Below, one piece after another: positions 9,550 through 17,880 of a stretch of 45,161 bases of DNA. How positions within the stretch are numbered: position 1 is the first letter of the stretch; each line of letters begins with the position of its first letter. The translations under genes were made by a program, and so were the position numbers. The stretch comes from a bacterium (lineage in GTDB: Bacteria; JAMOTN01): assembly GCA_027062325.1 (NCBI GenBank), contig JAMOTN010000026.1, positions 1 to 45,161 on the forward strand, read 5' to 3'. The notes under the pieces were generated by a model, which did no database searches, was not told the origin of the DNA, and was given only the letters and a program-made list of their open reading frames with translations.

Positions 9550-11121
9550 TTGAAAAGAGCTCTTGTGTTCGGGCTTGGTAACTTTGGAATTAGTGTTGTT
9601 GAGGAGTTAACCAATTACGGGGTTGAGGTATTTGTTGTTGAGAATAAGCGTGAGATTCTGGATGAGATTTCAAATAAGTATCAGGTAGCTGGTTTTTTGC
9701 TTGATGCAACAGATGTTAATGCGGTTGAGGAGATTTTGAAGAAGATAATGCCCATCGATGTATGCTTCATAGCGATGGGAGAGAATATCGCTGCTAATGT
9801 AGTGTTGGCACTTTACTTAAAGGATAAGGAAGGAATAGGTAATATAATTGTCAAAGTTGGTGAAAATGAGGAGTTGTATCAGCATGTTTTTGCGGAGTAT
9901 TCTTGTAGTTTTGAGAGGCGAGATAATTTAAAGCCTGCTCATAACTTTGCAGTTTTTGGAGCTGGAAAATTTGGATACTCTTTTGCACGTGCTTATTCTT
10001 CGTTGGGTGGAGAAGTCATGGTGTTTGAAAAAAATCCTTCGGTGGTTGAGAGATTGCAGGATGAAGGGATTGCTGCGGTTGAGGTGGATTTAGCAGATGT
10101 TGATGCGATAAAGCAATTTTTCAAGCAATCAGAAAACTTGTTTGATGGGGCGGTAATTGCTCTTGGTGACAATGCAGAGTTGTCAACATACATAGCTTTG
10201 TTGCTTGCAGATTACGGAGTGGAAAAAATTGTTGTTAAGGCGGTTGATTCGTTTCACAAGATATTGCTGAATAGGATGGTGCTTTATGGGAGAGATTATA
10301 AATCTGCTTTTCTTGCTGCTTACTCAAAGCTTGTTTTAGATTTAAAACCAGTGGAAGATAGATTTGAGGCATGGTTAATAAAGATGCCAAGTTATGAGAG
10401 TTTCAATTTCAAAGTTTTGGAGGTTGAAGATAACCGAGTAAAGGTTAGCGCTACTATTGGTGAGATAGCACGATACGTGCACATGAATGCTCCAAATTTT
10501 GAGTTCGATTTTCAAGTTGTTGAACCAGAGAGGGATTTTTCGCGAATAATTGTAAAAAAGGTTTTATTTGGTTTGAAAGAGGTTGTAGAACTTTCAAATG
10601 AGATAGTTATGTTGCGGGTTGAAGTGGCACGTTCTATGGTGGGAAGGAGTATTGTAGATCTTGAGGTTGGAAGAATGTATGGGGTTAATGTTATTTCAAT
10701 TAATTCTCCTTCTGGTTTTAAGAGATACGATGCACCGCTGGAAGAAGGTGATGAGCTGCTTTTGGTTGGATTGTGGAACTCTCTAGTTAAATTTTTGGAA
10801 GAGTTTGGATTTACTCTACCTCAGAAGTTACTGTTTGTTAATCCTGAGCGTGAAGTTGCCACTAAGTTAGCCTTTAAGTTTGTTGGACTTCAGCAGTTGA
10901 TTAAGGTTGCAATAGATACAGATATTGAAGGAAAAACACTTGCTGAGTTGGATATGAGAAGAAGATACAATGTGAATGTGGTTGGAATAAGAAGAGCCGG
11001 AAGTGTTATGTTTGATGTAAATGCACGTACCGTATTGAAACGAGGAGATGAATTGCTGGTGTTTTCTGAGAATGAGGATAATGTGCATAGTTTGATAAGT
11101 GAACTTGGAAAAGAAAGGTAG
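9550..11121 (+). CDS. ktrA: Ktr/Trk regulatory RCK subunit, double KtrA in nested N-N-C-C order
   Basis: Two Rossmann RCK_N lobes (GLGNFG, GAGKFG), two xxPE hinge motifs (VVEPER, VNPERE), two RCK_C domains (GRSIVDL, GKTLAEL; GDELL twice). Confidence 0.88.
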   Translation: MKRALVFGLGNFGISVVEELTNYGVEVFVVENKREILDEISNKYQVAGFLLDATDVNAVEEILKKIMPIDVCFIAMGENIAANVVLALYLKDKEGIGNIIVKVGENEELYQHVFAEYSCSFERRDNLKPAHNFAVFGAGKFGYSFARAYSSLGGEVMVFEKNPSVVERLQDEGIAAVEVDLADVDAIKQFFKQSENLFDGAVIALGDNAELSTYIALLLADYGVEKIVVKAVDSFHKILLNRMVLYGRDYKSAFLAAYSKLVLDLKPVEDRFEAWLIKMPSYESFNFKVLEVEDNRVKVSATIGEIARYVHMNAPNFEFDFQVVEPERDFSRIIVKKVLFGLKEVVELSNEIVMLRVEVARSMVGRSIVDLEVGRMYGVNVISINSPSGFKRYDAPLEEGDELLLVGLWNSLVKFLEEFGFTLPQKLLFVNPEREVATKLAFKFVGLQQLIKVAIDTDIEGKTLAELDMRRRYNVNVVGIRRAGSVMFDVNARTVLKRGDELLVFSENEDNVHSLISELGKER

Positions 11122-11130
11122 GTAGGAATT

Positions 11131-11919
11131 TTGAAGGAGTTATCCAAGACAAAAAGGAAAATTTTGAGTGGTTTGGATAGGTTTAAGGAGAGGTTGAAGA
11201 AGAAAGAGTTTAGGGCGTGCGGATATAAGGTTGTTTTAGAAATTGCCGCTGAGTTCAAAATTAAGTGGTTGGTGTTTGGAAAAGAATTTTTTAGGAATCA
11301 TACTGAGCGGGTAAATGATTTGTTGAAATTGCTTGGAAAAAAGAGTGCTTTTAAAAGTAATGTTGAAAATAATGTATTTTTGTCGGGGGATGCAGAAGTT
11401 GAAAAGTATGGTGTATGCGGAGTATTCATGTTGCCTGACTACATTTTTGAAGAGAGTAGTCGTGCTCTAGAGATTTTGAAGATGTGGAAAAGGGTTGTAT
11501 TTTTAAATGGGGTTCAGGATCCTGCAAATGTTGGGGGAATAATGAGGGTTGCAAGTGCTTTTGGGTTTGATGGAGTTGTAGCAGACTTTAACAGTGCTGA
11601 CTTCTTCTCTCCTAAGGTTTTGAGAGCAGCAGGTGGTTTTATCCCTGAAGTTATGCGAGTAAGAAGGTTAGAGGAGCTTTTAAATGGCTTTAAGGGGCAA
11701 GTTTATATACTTGATGTGGAGGCAATAAAAGAGATTGAGGATGTTGCTTTTGAGGAAAAATTTGGAGTGGTGTTGGGCTCTGAAGGAAGAGGAATAATTC
11801 TGGATAAAGAGCTTTTGAGAGTGGATTTTGTTTCTGTTAAAATACCTGTGAAAGTTGAGTCACTCAATGTGTACAGTGCATTTTCAATATTTTCTTACGT
11901 GAGTTCACTGGAGGGATGA
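11131..11919 (+). CDS. TrmH/SpoU family RNA 2'-O-methyltransferase
   Basis: VQDPANVGGIMRVASAFG, VLGSEGRGI, IPV.VESLNV motifs; typical position upstream of pheS. Confidence 0.9.
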   Translation: MKELSKTKRKILSGLDRFKERLKKKEFRACGYKVVLEIAAEFKIKWLVFGKEFFRNHTERVNDLLKLLGKKSAFKSNVENNVFLSGDAEVEKYGVCGVFMLPDYIFEESSRALEILKMWKRVVFLNGVQDPANVGGIMRVASAFGFDGVVADFNSADFFSPKVLRAAGGFIPEVMRVRRLEELLNGFKGQVYILDVEAIKEIEDVAFEEKFGVVLGSEGRGIILDKELLRVDFVSVKIPVKVESLNVYSAFSIFSYVSSLEG

Positions 11920-12938
11920 TAATGGAGAGGTTGTTGGAACTTATAGCTGAATTGGAAGAGGAGATAAGGGCGATTTCTACTGAGGATGAGCTGGAGAGTT
12001 TTCGAATTAGGTGGTTGGGAAGGGACGGAATAATATCGTCTCAGTTTAAGAGAATAAAAAAGATTGAGCCTGAAAAAAGGCGCGAATTTGGACAGAAATT
12101 GAATGAGATGAAGGAGAGGGCGCAGAGTTTTGTTGATGAAAAACGAGAGTTTTTTAAGAGAGAGAAGTTGAAAAAGAAACAGGATAGTTACTTTGATTTT
12201 GGGATCCCGGCTCAGATGAGGTTTGGGGGGAGACACCCTGTTTTGGAGATGGCAAGGCGTGTTGTGAGTATATTTTCTGAGATTGGTTTCAGAGTTGTTG
12301 AGGGACCTGAAATTGACACTGCATTTTACAACTTTGAGGCACTTAATATTCCAGAGGATCATCCAGCACGTGAGATGCATGATACTTTTTACCTTGATTA
12401 TGAGAATGGACTACTTTTGAGGACACATACTTCGAATGTTCAGGTAAGAGTACTTGAAAAGTATGGACTTCCAGTGAAAATTTTGGCACCGGGTAAGTGT
12501 TTCAGACGCGATGAGATAGATGCCACACATTTTCCAGTATTTCATCAGATAGAAGGATTGTGTGTTGGAGAAGGTGTGAGTTTTGCAGATTTGAAAGGGA
12601 CACTAGAGTACTTTGCAAAGCGTTTATTTGGAGTTGGAGTGCGTCTTCGTTCAAGTTATTTTCCCTTTACGGAGCCTTCGGTTGAAGTTGATTTTGAATG
12701 TGTATTTTGTGGTGGAAAGGGATGTCGAGTGTGTAAGGAAACGGGTTGGATAGAGGTTGCTGGGGCTGGAATGGTGCATCCTAGGGTTTTGGAAGCGAGT
12801 GGAGTAAATCCTGAAAGATATACAGGTTTTGCTTTTGGAATGGGGTTAGAAAGACTTGCAATGTTAAAATGGCAGATACCGGATATAAGGATGTTATTTG
12901 AAGGTGATTGGAGAATTTCTGAAAGTTTTTGGCCGTAA
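11916..12938 (+). CDS. pheS: Phenylalanine--tRNA ligase alpha subunit
   Basis: YNFEALNIPEDHPAREMHDTFY, LRTHTS, HFPVFHQIEG, YFPFTEPS, GFAFGMGLERLAM; start may be ATG 11922. Confidence 0.98.
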   Translation: MIMERLLELIAELEEEIRAISTEDELESFRIRWLGRDGIISSQFKRIKKIEPEKRREFGQKLNEMKERAQSFVDEKREFFKREKLKKKQDSYFDFGIPAQMRFGGRHPVLEMARRVVSIFSEIGFRVVEGPEIDTAFYNFEALNIPEDHPAREMHDTFYLDYENGLLLRTHTSNVQVRVLEKYGLPVKILAPGKCFRRDEIDATHFPVFHQIEGLCVGEGVSFADLKGTLEYFAKRLFGVGVRLRSSYFPFTEPSVEVDFECVFCGGKGCRVCKETGWIEVAGAGMVHPRVLEASGVNPERYTGFAFGMGLERLAMLKWQIPDIRMLFEGDWRISESFWP

Positions 12939-13065
12939 TGGGGAAGTGTATGGAATTTTTAATGGGAGTGCTTATAAATGTTGATTTTAAGGTTAGTGTG
13001 GTGGGAGTATAGTGTGTAGTTGCTATGAGTTTGCAAATAAAGCTAGAAAAAGGGAAAGTGTTGAT

Positions 13066-14355
13066 ATGGAAGCAAGGATTGCTTATGTCAGAGAGGATAG
13101 TATTTTTTACCGCAAGGGATTGAGGGATGGGGATGTAATAGTTAGGGTAAATGGACATGAGTTAAAGGATATATTTGAATGGCGCCAAGAGTTAGATCTT
13201 GGATGGTTGGAGATTGAGTTCTTTAGGGCTGGATCTGATGAAATAAGAAAGATAGAGATAGATTTTTGGTCTGATGGAGGGATGATTGACTATTCTGCCA
13301 TATATTTTGAAAGTCCGATATTTGATGGGGTGAGGACTTGTAGGAATAACTGCATATTTTGTTTTATAAAGGGATTACCACGTGGTTTGAGAAAGAGTCT
13401 TTATATTAGAGATGATGATTGGAGAATGTCGGTTTTTGAAGGTTCCTACATAACTTTTTCTAACTTCACAGATGAAGATTGGCATCGTTTGGAAGCACTG
13501 GCTCCCTTGGAATTGTATTACTCGGTTCACGCTATAAGTGATGATGTGAGAAGGGCAATGGGGATAAATGCGCCTTCACCACTCAAAGTTATTGAGAGAT
13601 TGCGGCGTATGGGAATAGAGGTGCACACCCAAATTGTAGTGGTGCCGGGATTTAACGATGAAGATGAGCTCAAAAGAAGTTTGGATTTTTTAGTGAAGAG
13701 TCGTGATGTGGTGAAGAGTATTGCAGTTGTACCTGTCGGTGTTACGAAGTATACACCGGGGGAGGTTAAAAAGCCTTCTAGGAAACAAGCAGAGAAAATT
13801 TTGAGTTATGTGGAGAGTCTGTCAAGGGATTGTTTGAAGGAGTTTGCTACGAGATTGGTTTGGCCAAGTGATGAGTGGTATTGGATAGCTTATCAAAGAA
13901 GTTGGATAAAAGAACTTCCAAGTTATGAGTTTTATGAGGAGTTTGTTCAGTTGGAGAATGGAGTTGGTAAAGCGAGGAAGTTCATAGAAGAGTTTGAAGA
14001 AGCATGGAGGGAAGATGGGAAGCCAGAGTTAAAGATTGATGCTACGATTTTGACAACTGAGATGAATAAGGAGTTGTTTAGTGAGATTTTCAATGGAGTA
14101 GTTGATGGCGTGCGTCTCAAGGTGGTGGAAAATAGTTTTTTTGGATTGAGTGTAGATGTTGCACCGTTATTGGTGGGTGAAGATCTTTTCAGAGCTGCAG
14201 GTGAGGAGAAGGGGTTGTGTTTGTTTACTGAGGAAGCTCTCAATGAAGAGGGATTGTTTTTAGATGGGTTAAGTATTCAAGATGCGCCTTCTAATTTGGT
14301 AGTGGCTCCAGCTCAAGGGGCAGAGTTTTACAAATTTTTAAGAGATCTTGATTAG
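13066..14355 (+). CDS. DUF512 family radical SAM protein with N-terminal PDZ-like segment
   Basis: GLRDGDVIVRVNG (PDZ), CRNNCIFC, LRKSLYIRDDD, SIAVVPVGVTK, QLENGVG, FLDG. Confidence 0.9.
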   Translation: MEARIAYVREDSIFYRKGLRDGDVIVRVNGHELKDIFEWRQELDLGWLEIEFFRAGSDEIRKIEIDFWSDGGMIDYSAIYFESPIFDGVRTCRNNCIFCFIKGLPRGLRKSLYIRDDDWRMSVFEGSYITFSNFTDEDWHRLEALAPLELYYSVHAISDDVRRAMGINAPSPLKVIERLRRMGIEVHTQIVVVPGFNDEDELKRSLDFLVKSRDVVKSIAVVPVGVTKYTPGEVKKPSRKQAEKILSYVESLSRDCLKEFATRLVWPSDEWYWIAYQRSWIKELPSYEFYEEFVQLENGVGKARKFIEEFEEAWREDGKPELKIDATILTTEMNKELFSEIFNGVVDGVRLKVVENSFFGLSVDVAPLLVGEDLFRAAGEEKGLCLFTEEALNEEGLFLDGLSIQDAPSNLVVAPAQGAEFYKFLRDLD

Positions 14356-15241
14356 TTAGTTGTTTTACATTGATTACCAAATAGCCTATTACTGGATTTA
14401 AAGTTGAGTTAGTGTGAAATGCTTGTTCTCTTATAAAGAATAGTCTATTACTTGAGCTACAAGTATGAGCGATTTTTAGAAATTCCCTGTGTTTTTCAAG
14501 TTTCCAATTGGGGTTTGTTTCGATTACACTAACGGTAGTGGAGAGAGACGATAAAGTTAGAATTGCTTGAATAAATTTTTCATTTGTTATGAGGGCATTT
14601 GTATTTTCAAAGAGAAGCTCCGTTGTTAGTTCTTGAATGTCAACGTAAGGTGGGTTAGAGAATATTACGGTTAAGTCTCTAGGAGAGTAGTGGGGTATTA
14701 GGGTTGTAAGTTTGTTTTTAGAAAGAAAAATGGCGTCCATGAGTTTAAAAATGGAGAGGATATTTAAAGGAGTTTTGTGTTGCTCAGTGGGTTGAACATT
14801 ATGTATCTTTTTTAAATTTTCAAAAAAATTTTTCCTTGCGAGCTCAAGAGCTTGGGGGACGTTATCTATAAAAAGGGTGCAAATTTCTGCTAGTTTCTGA
14901 AGTGTTGCTGGTTTAAAAAGTTTTTTAAGGATCATTAGGTTGGCAAATCCAGTGCCGCAGCCCACATCTACGATGTTAATTCTGCTCAGAGGTTTAGTCA
15001 GAAGAGCTTTTTTTATAATTGATGCTGTAAACTCAGCAAGTATTTCTGTTACAGGGCGGGGTATAAGTGTGTGTGGAGATATATAAAGTTTTAAATCGTC
15101 AATTTCGACTTGACCAATTAACAGGTCAAAGGGTATATCATGTGCTAATGCTTTGAAAATGCGGTGATTTTCTAAAAAGTTACCAGAAATTATCGACTTT
15201 ACGATCTTCTTTTGCCAGGGAGATAGACTTATCTTTCCCAT
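14291..15241 (-). CDS. prmC: Release factor glutamine N5-methyltransferase (HemK/PrmC), divergent
   Basis: TLIPRPVTEILAE, VDVGCGTG, SNPPYV motifs; overlaps convergent gene by 65 nt. Confidence 0.8.
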   Translation of the reverse strand: MGKISLSPWQKKIVKSIISGNFLENHRIFKALAHDIPFDLLIGQVEIDDLKLYISPHTLIPRPVTEILAEFTASIIKKALLTKPLSRINIVDVGCGTGFANLMILKKLFKPATLQKLAEICTLFIDNVPQALELARKNFFENLKKIHNVQPTEQHKTPLNILSIFKLMDAIFLSKNKLTTLIPHYSPRDLTVIFSNPPYVDIQELTTELLFENTNALITNEKFIQAILTLSSLSTTVSVIETNPNWKLEKHREFLKIAHTCSSSNRLFFIREQAFHTNSTLNPVIGYLVINVKQLTNQDLLKICKTLPLELEPLPN

Positions 15242-15242
15242 T

Positions 15243-15959
15243 TTATCGTATTAAGTATTTTCCCTTTATCTCTTTATCATTCAGTATTACTTTTCCAACA
15301 GCAACATTTAACAATGCACCGTCATCTGTCATGTTCACTTCTATTTTGGCAAATTCTGGAGCGTAGATTTTTTTAGGGCCTATCATGAGTTTGAAGTTTG
15401 CTCCTTCTATGGTTGTAGAACCACCCAGCCATGTGATCTCCTTTTTGGGAGATAGCTTTATCTCTCCAAGGAGCTGATTTATAAACAGATCTTTGTATAT
15501 TATAGATACTCTGTCAGTAGCTTTTATAGTGAAGGGAGGCGCAAGTTTAGTGTAGCCTGTTGTTTCTAGTACTCTACCTGCTACTTTTATAGTATATGGA
15601 GTTTTGGAAAATACAGTTGCTTTTTCTTTCTTTAATAACATTATCAGAAGAGGAAGAAGGAAGACTATAAGTATTGCGACAGCTTGCCACCAGCTGATAG
15701 TTCTTTTTATGGTGAGGTTTACAGCTTTGACTTCGGTTTTGAGTGGAAGTTTTTTCATCTTTTCAAGGTCACGCCAGAAAGCGCGGCAATCTTTACAAGA
15801 GACAGTGTGTCTGTAAAGAAATTCCTCTTCTTCTGGAGCTAGCTCTTCTCCATCTACCAATGCAGATATTAGTTCACGTGCCTTTTCACAATCTGACTCA
15901 ATAAACTCTGTAGATTCTGTAGTTACGTTTTCATTATCTAATCTTTTATCCTCACTCAT
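15243..15959 (-). CDS. Zinc-binding anti-sigma factor (zf-HC2) with TM helix and FecR-like C-terminal domain
   Basis: C..ARELISALVDGEEL and HTVSCKDC (HxxxCxxC); one TM; beta-rich tail with IEV...ALLNVAVGKV; directly downstream of ECF sigma. Confidence 0.85.
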   Translation of the reverse strand: MSEDKRLDNENVTTESTEFIESDCEKARELISALVDGEELAPEEEEFLYRHTVSCKDCRAFWRDLEKMKKLPLKTEVKAVNLTIKRTISWWQAVAILIVFLLPLLIMLLKKEKATVFSKTPYTIKVAGRVLETTGYTKLAPPFTIKATDRVSIIYKDLFINQLLGEIKLSPKKEITWLGGSTTIEGANFKLMIGPKKIYAPEFAKIEVNMTDDGALLNVAVGKVILNDKEIKGKYLIR

Positions 15960-16004
15960 GTTCCTCACCTTCTTAATATTCTACATGATAGGCAGGAGAA
16001 GTTT

Positions 16005-16589
16005 TTAATCGATCTCAGCGATGATATTTTTCAGTTTTTCTCGAAGAAGTTTTCTGGCTTGATACACTCTTCCCCTTATTTGAGAGGGGGAGACTCCCAA
16101 AATTTCTGCAGCTTCACTGTACGATAGGCCTTCCATAACAACTAGAACGAATGCACTACGTTTATCTTCGTCGAGAGAATTTATAGCTTCCTCGATTTTA
16201 GTTCTCTTTTCTTCTTCAGTTAGTTTTCCTTGAACTGGATTTCCTTGATGGTAGTTTTTAAATGTAGATGCCTTTTGTTGGATAAGTTTTGCTTCATTTT
16301 TGAATTGCCGTTTATTTTTGCGGTAAAGATTTATTGCTTCATTGACTGCTATGCGAGTTAGCCATGCTTTGAAGTTACTTGGGAACTCAAAATTTGGGGA
16401 AAATGTTATTCGCCAAAGTTTTTCACAAAAGAGTTGGAATGCATCTTTACTATCAGCTTCGTTGCGTAAGATATTGTATGCCAGTGATAGAAACCAGCTT
16501 GATGATGATTTTATAAACTCTTCAAAAAACTCTTCCTTCTTGGTTTTGGTAAATTGAAGGTACAGTTCCTTTAATTTATTCCAATCCAT
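16005..16589 (-). CDS. ECF RNA polymerase sigma factor
   Basis: Region 2 DSKDAFQ...FKAWLTRIAVN; region 4 RSAFVLVVMEGLSYSEAAEILGVS...RVYQARKLLR. Confidence 0.95.
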   Translation of the reverse strand: MDWNKLKELYLQFTKTKKEEFFEEFIKSSSSWFLSLAYNILRNEADSKDAFQLFCEKLWRITFSPNFEFPSNFKAWLTRIAVNEAINLYRKNKRQFKNEAKLIQQKASTFKNYHQGNPVQGKLTEEEKRTKIEEAINSLDEDKRSAFVLVVMEGLSYSEAAEILGVSPSQIRGRVYQARKLLREKLKNIIAEID

Positions 16590-16633
16590 TGTTTAAAAGG
16601 CTCCTGGTGAGTTGTCAGTTGAAGGATAATTGA

Positions 16634-17791
16634 TTAAAACTTGTATTCGATTCCTCCTATCCATTGAAAGTCATAGCCAAACTCTTGATCGTTGGTTATT
16701 GTTATAGGAAATGCACAAGAAATTGACAAGTCATCTCTTATTCTGGTTTTAAAACTTGGAATGACTTCCAACTTGTCTCCATAGTTTCCCCAGTTCTCTC
16801 CATAAATTTCTAAACCAAGTGTAAGAGTTGGGGTCTTGGTGTATTCAACGCCAAATCCATATATAAACTTGTCGTCGATGTTCAAAGTGCTGCCATCTGC
16901 AAGTGTTGGATCTCCCGTGAATACGTATCTTGCATTGAACATTACCTTTGAAGCTTTGAAGTTTTGCTCATATGCTGCGTATATTTCAAAGTCGGGTTCA
17001 CCTGTCACTCCATTTACTGCTAGCTTGTCTTCGTCCCCTGTAGCAAATTTTATTCCAAGACCTAGTGCAATTTTTGCATCCCTGGAGGAGTTTTGAGAAG
17101 CAAGGGTGTACTTTGTTCGTAAGAAGACGTCTCCAAGCCCGGATTCATCACCATTTGGAACTAGTCTTGGTGTGTCTATCTTCCACTTTTCGTAAGGGAA
17201 TGAGATGGACACTTCAAAGTTTTCAAAGGGAGATGTGGTGAATATGTAGTAGATATGCATTTGATCAGCTTTCTCATCTGTAGAGAGGTCGACATCGTCA
17301 CCTTTGTAGGTGTCTATTTTATTGTAGGCAATAAATGATGAGAGCATGTAAGTTTTTGTTGGTACGCATGAAGCAGATAAAATTTTGGATAGACCACTTC
17401 CTGCTACAATTGTGCTTCCTATGATATGGGTTGATTTTTCACTACTTATTATCTCTTCTGCACTTTTTCTTTTGGCTCTTTTTTCTGAGACTTTGCCGGT
17501 TACAACTCCGTCTTCATCTTCAAATAGTTCTTGAAGATAAGGAGCGACTTCATCTACCTGCTCCTGGAGTTCTTTTTTCTGGACGTCTTCCTTCTTGGGG
17601 AGCTTTATATCAGGATAAAGTTCACTTGCTTTTTTTAATTTCTTAACGGTTTCATTCTGTTGATTGTTGGCTCGGACCTCCTTAATTATTTCTGGGGAAA
17701 AGCCTTCTAGAGGATCAACACTTGCTCCCATCAGAGTTATTGTGAATATCAACATACTAATTGCCAAAATTTTAATAGAACTCCTTATCAT
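16634..17791 (-). CDS. Outer-membrane beta-barrel protein (transporter/phenol-MetA-like) with charged N-terminal extension
   Basis: Signal peptide, ~95-aa E/K-rich segment, SGLGDVFLRTKY and GLGIKFATG motifs, amphipathic strands, terminal GIEYKF BAM-type signal; SD GAGGAGG. Confidence 0.7.
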   Translation of the reverse strand: MIRSSIKILAISMLIFTITLMGASVDPLEGFSPEIIKEVRANNQQNETVKKLKKASELYPDIKLPKKEDVQKKELQEQVDEVAPYLQELFEDEDGVVTGKVSEKRAKRKSAEEIISSEKSTHIIGSTIVAGSGLSKILSASCVPTKTYMLSSFIAYNKIDTYKGDDVDLSTDEKADQMHIYYIFTTSPFENFEVSISFPYEKWKIDTPRLVPNGDESGLGDVFLRTKYTLASQNSSRDAKIALGLGIKFATGDEDKLAVNGVTGEPDFEIYAAYEQNFKASKVMFNARYVFTGDPTLADGSTLNIDDKFIYGFGVEYTKTPTLTLGLEIYGENWGNYGDKLEVIPSFKTRIRDDLSISCAFPITITNDQEFGYDFQWIGGIEYKF

Positions 17792-17812
17792 AACTAGCAC
17801 CTCCTCAAATCT

Positions 17813-17840
17813 TTTTCGGCTCTCTTTAGGTTTTTTCTTA
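17813..17840 (-). promoter_or_regulatory. Possible sigma28-like promoter of the barrel/ECF operon
   Basis: TAAG-N16-GCCGAAAA. Confidence 0.3.
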
Positions 17841-17880
17841 TACTTTAAATAAAGGAGGATAAGAAGAGGAGCTGAGTGAA

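Noticed and set aside
9541-11133. ktrB-ktrA-trmH, xseB-ispA and cyclase-orphan are in frame across single stop codons (readthrough or recoding?)
   Set aside because: The in-frame fraction across all junctions is about the 1/3 expected by chance; downstream genes have plausible SD and start codons; TGA and TAG end many genes at homologous C-termini, so the code looks standard
14291-15241. NPPY methyltransferase as a DNA methylase or restriction-modification component
   Set aside because: The LIPRPxTE motif marks the HemK/PrmC family; no nuclease or specificity subunit nearby
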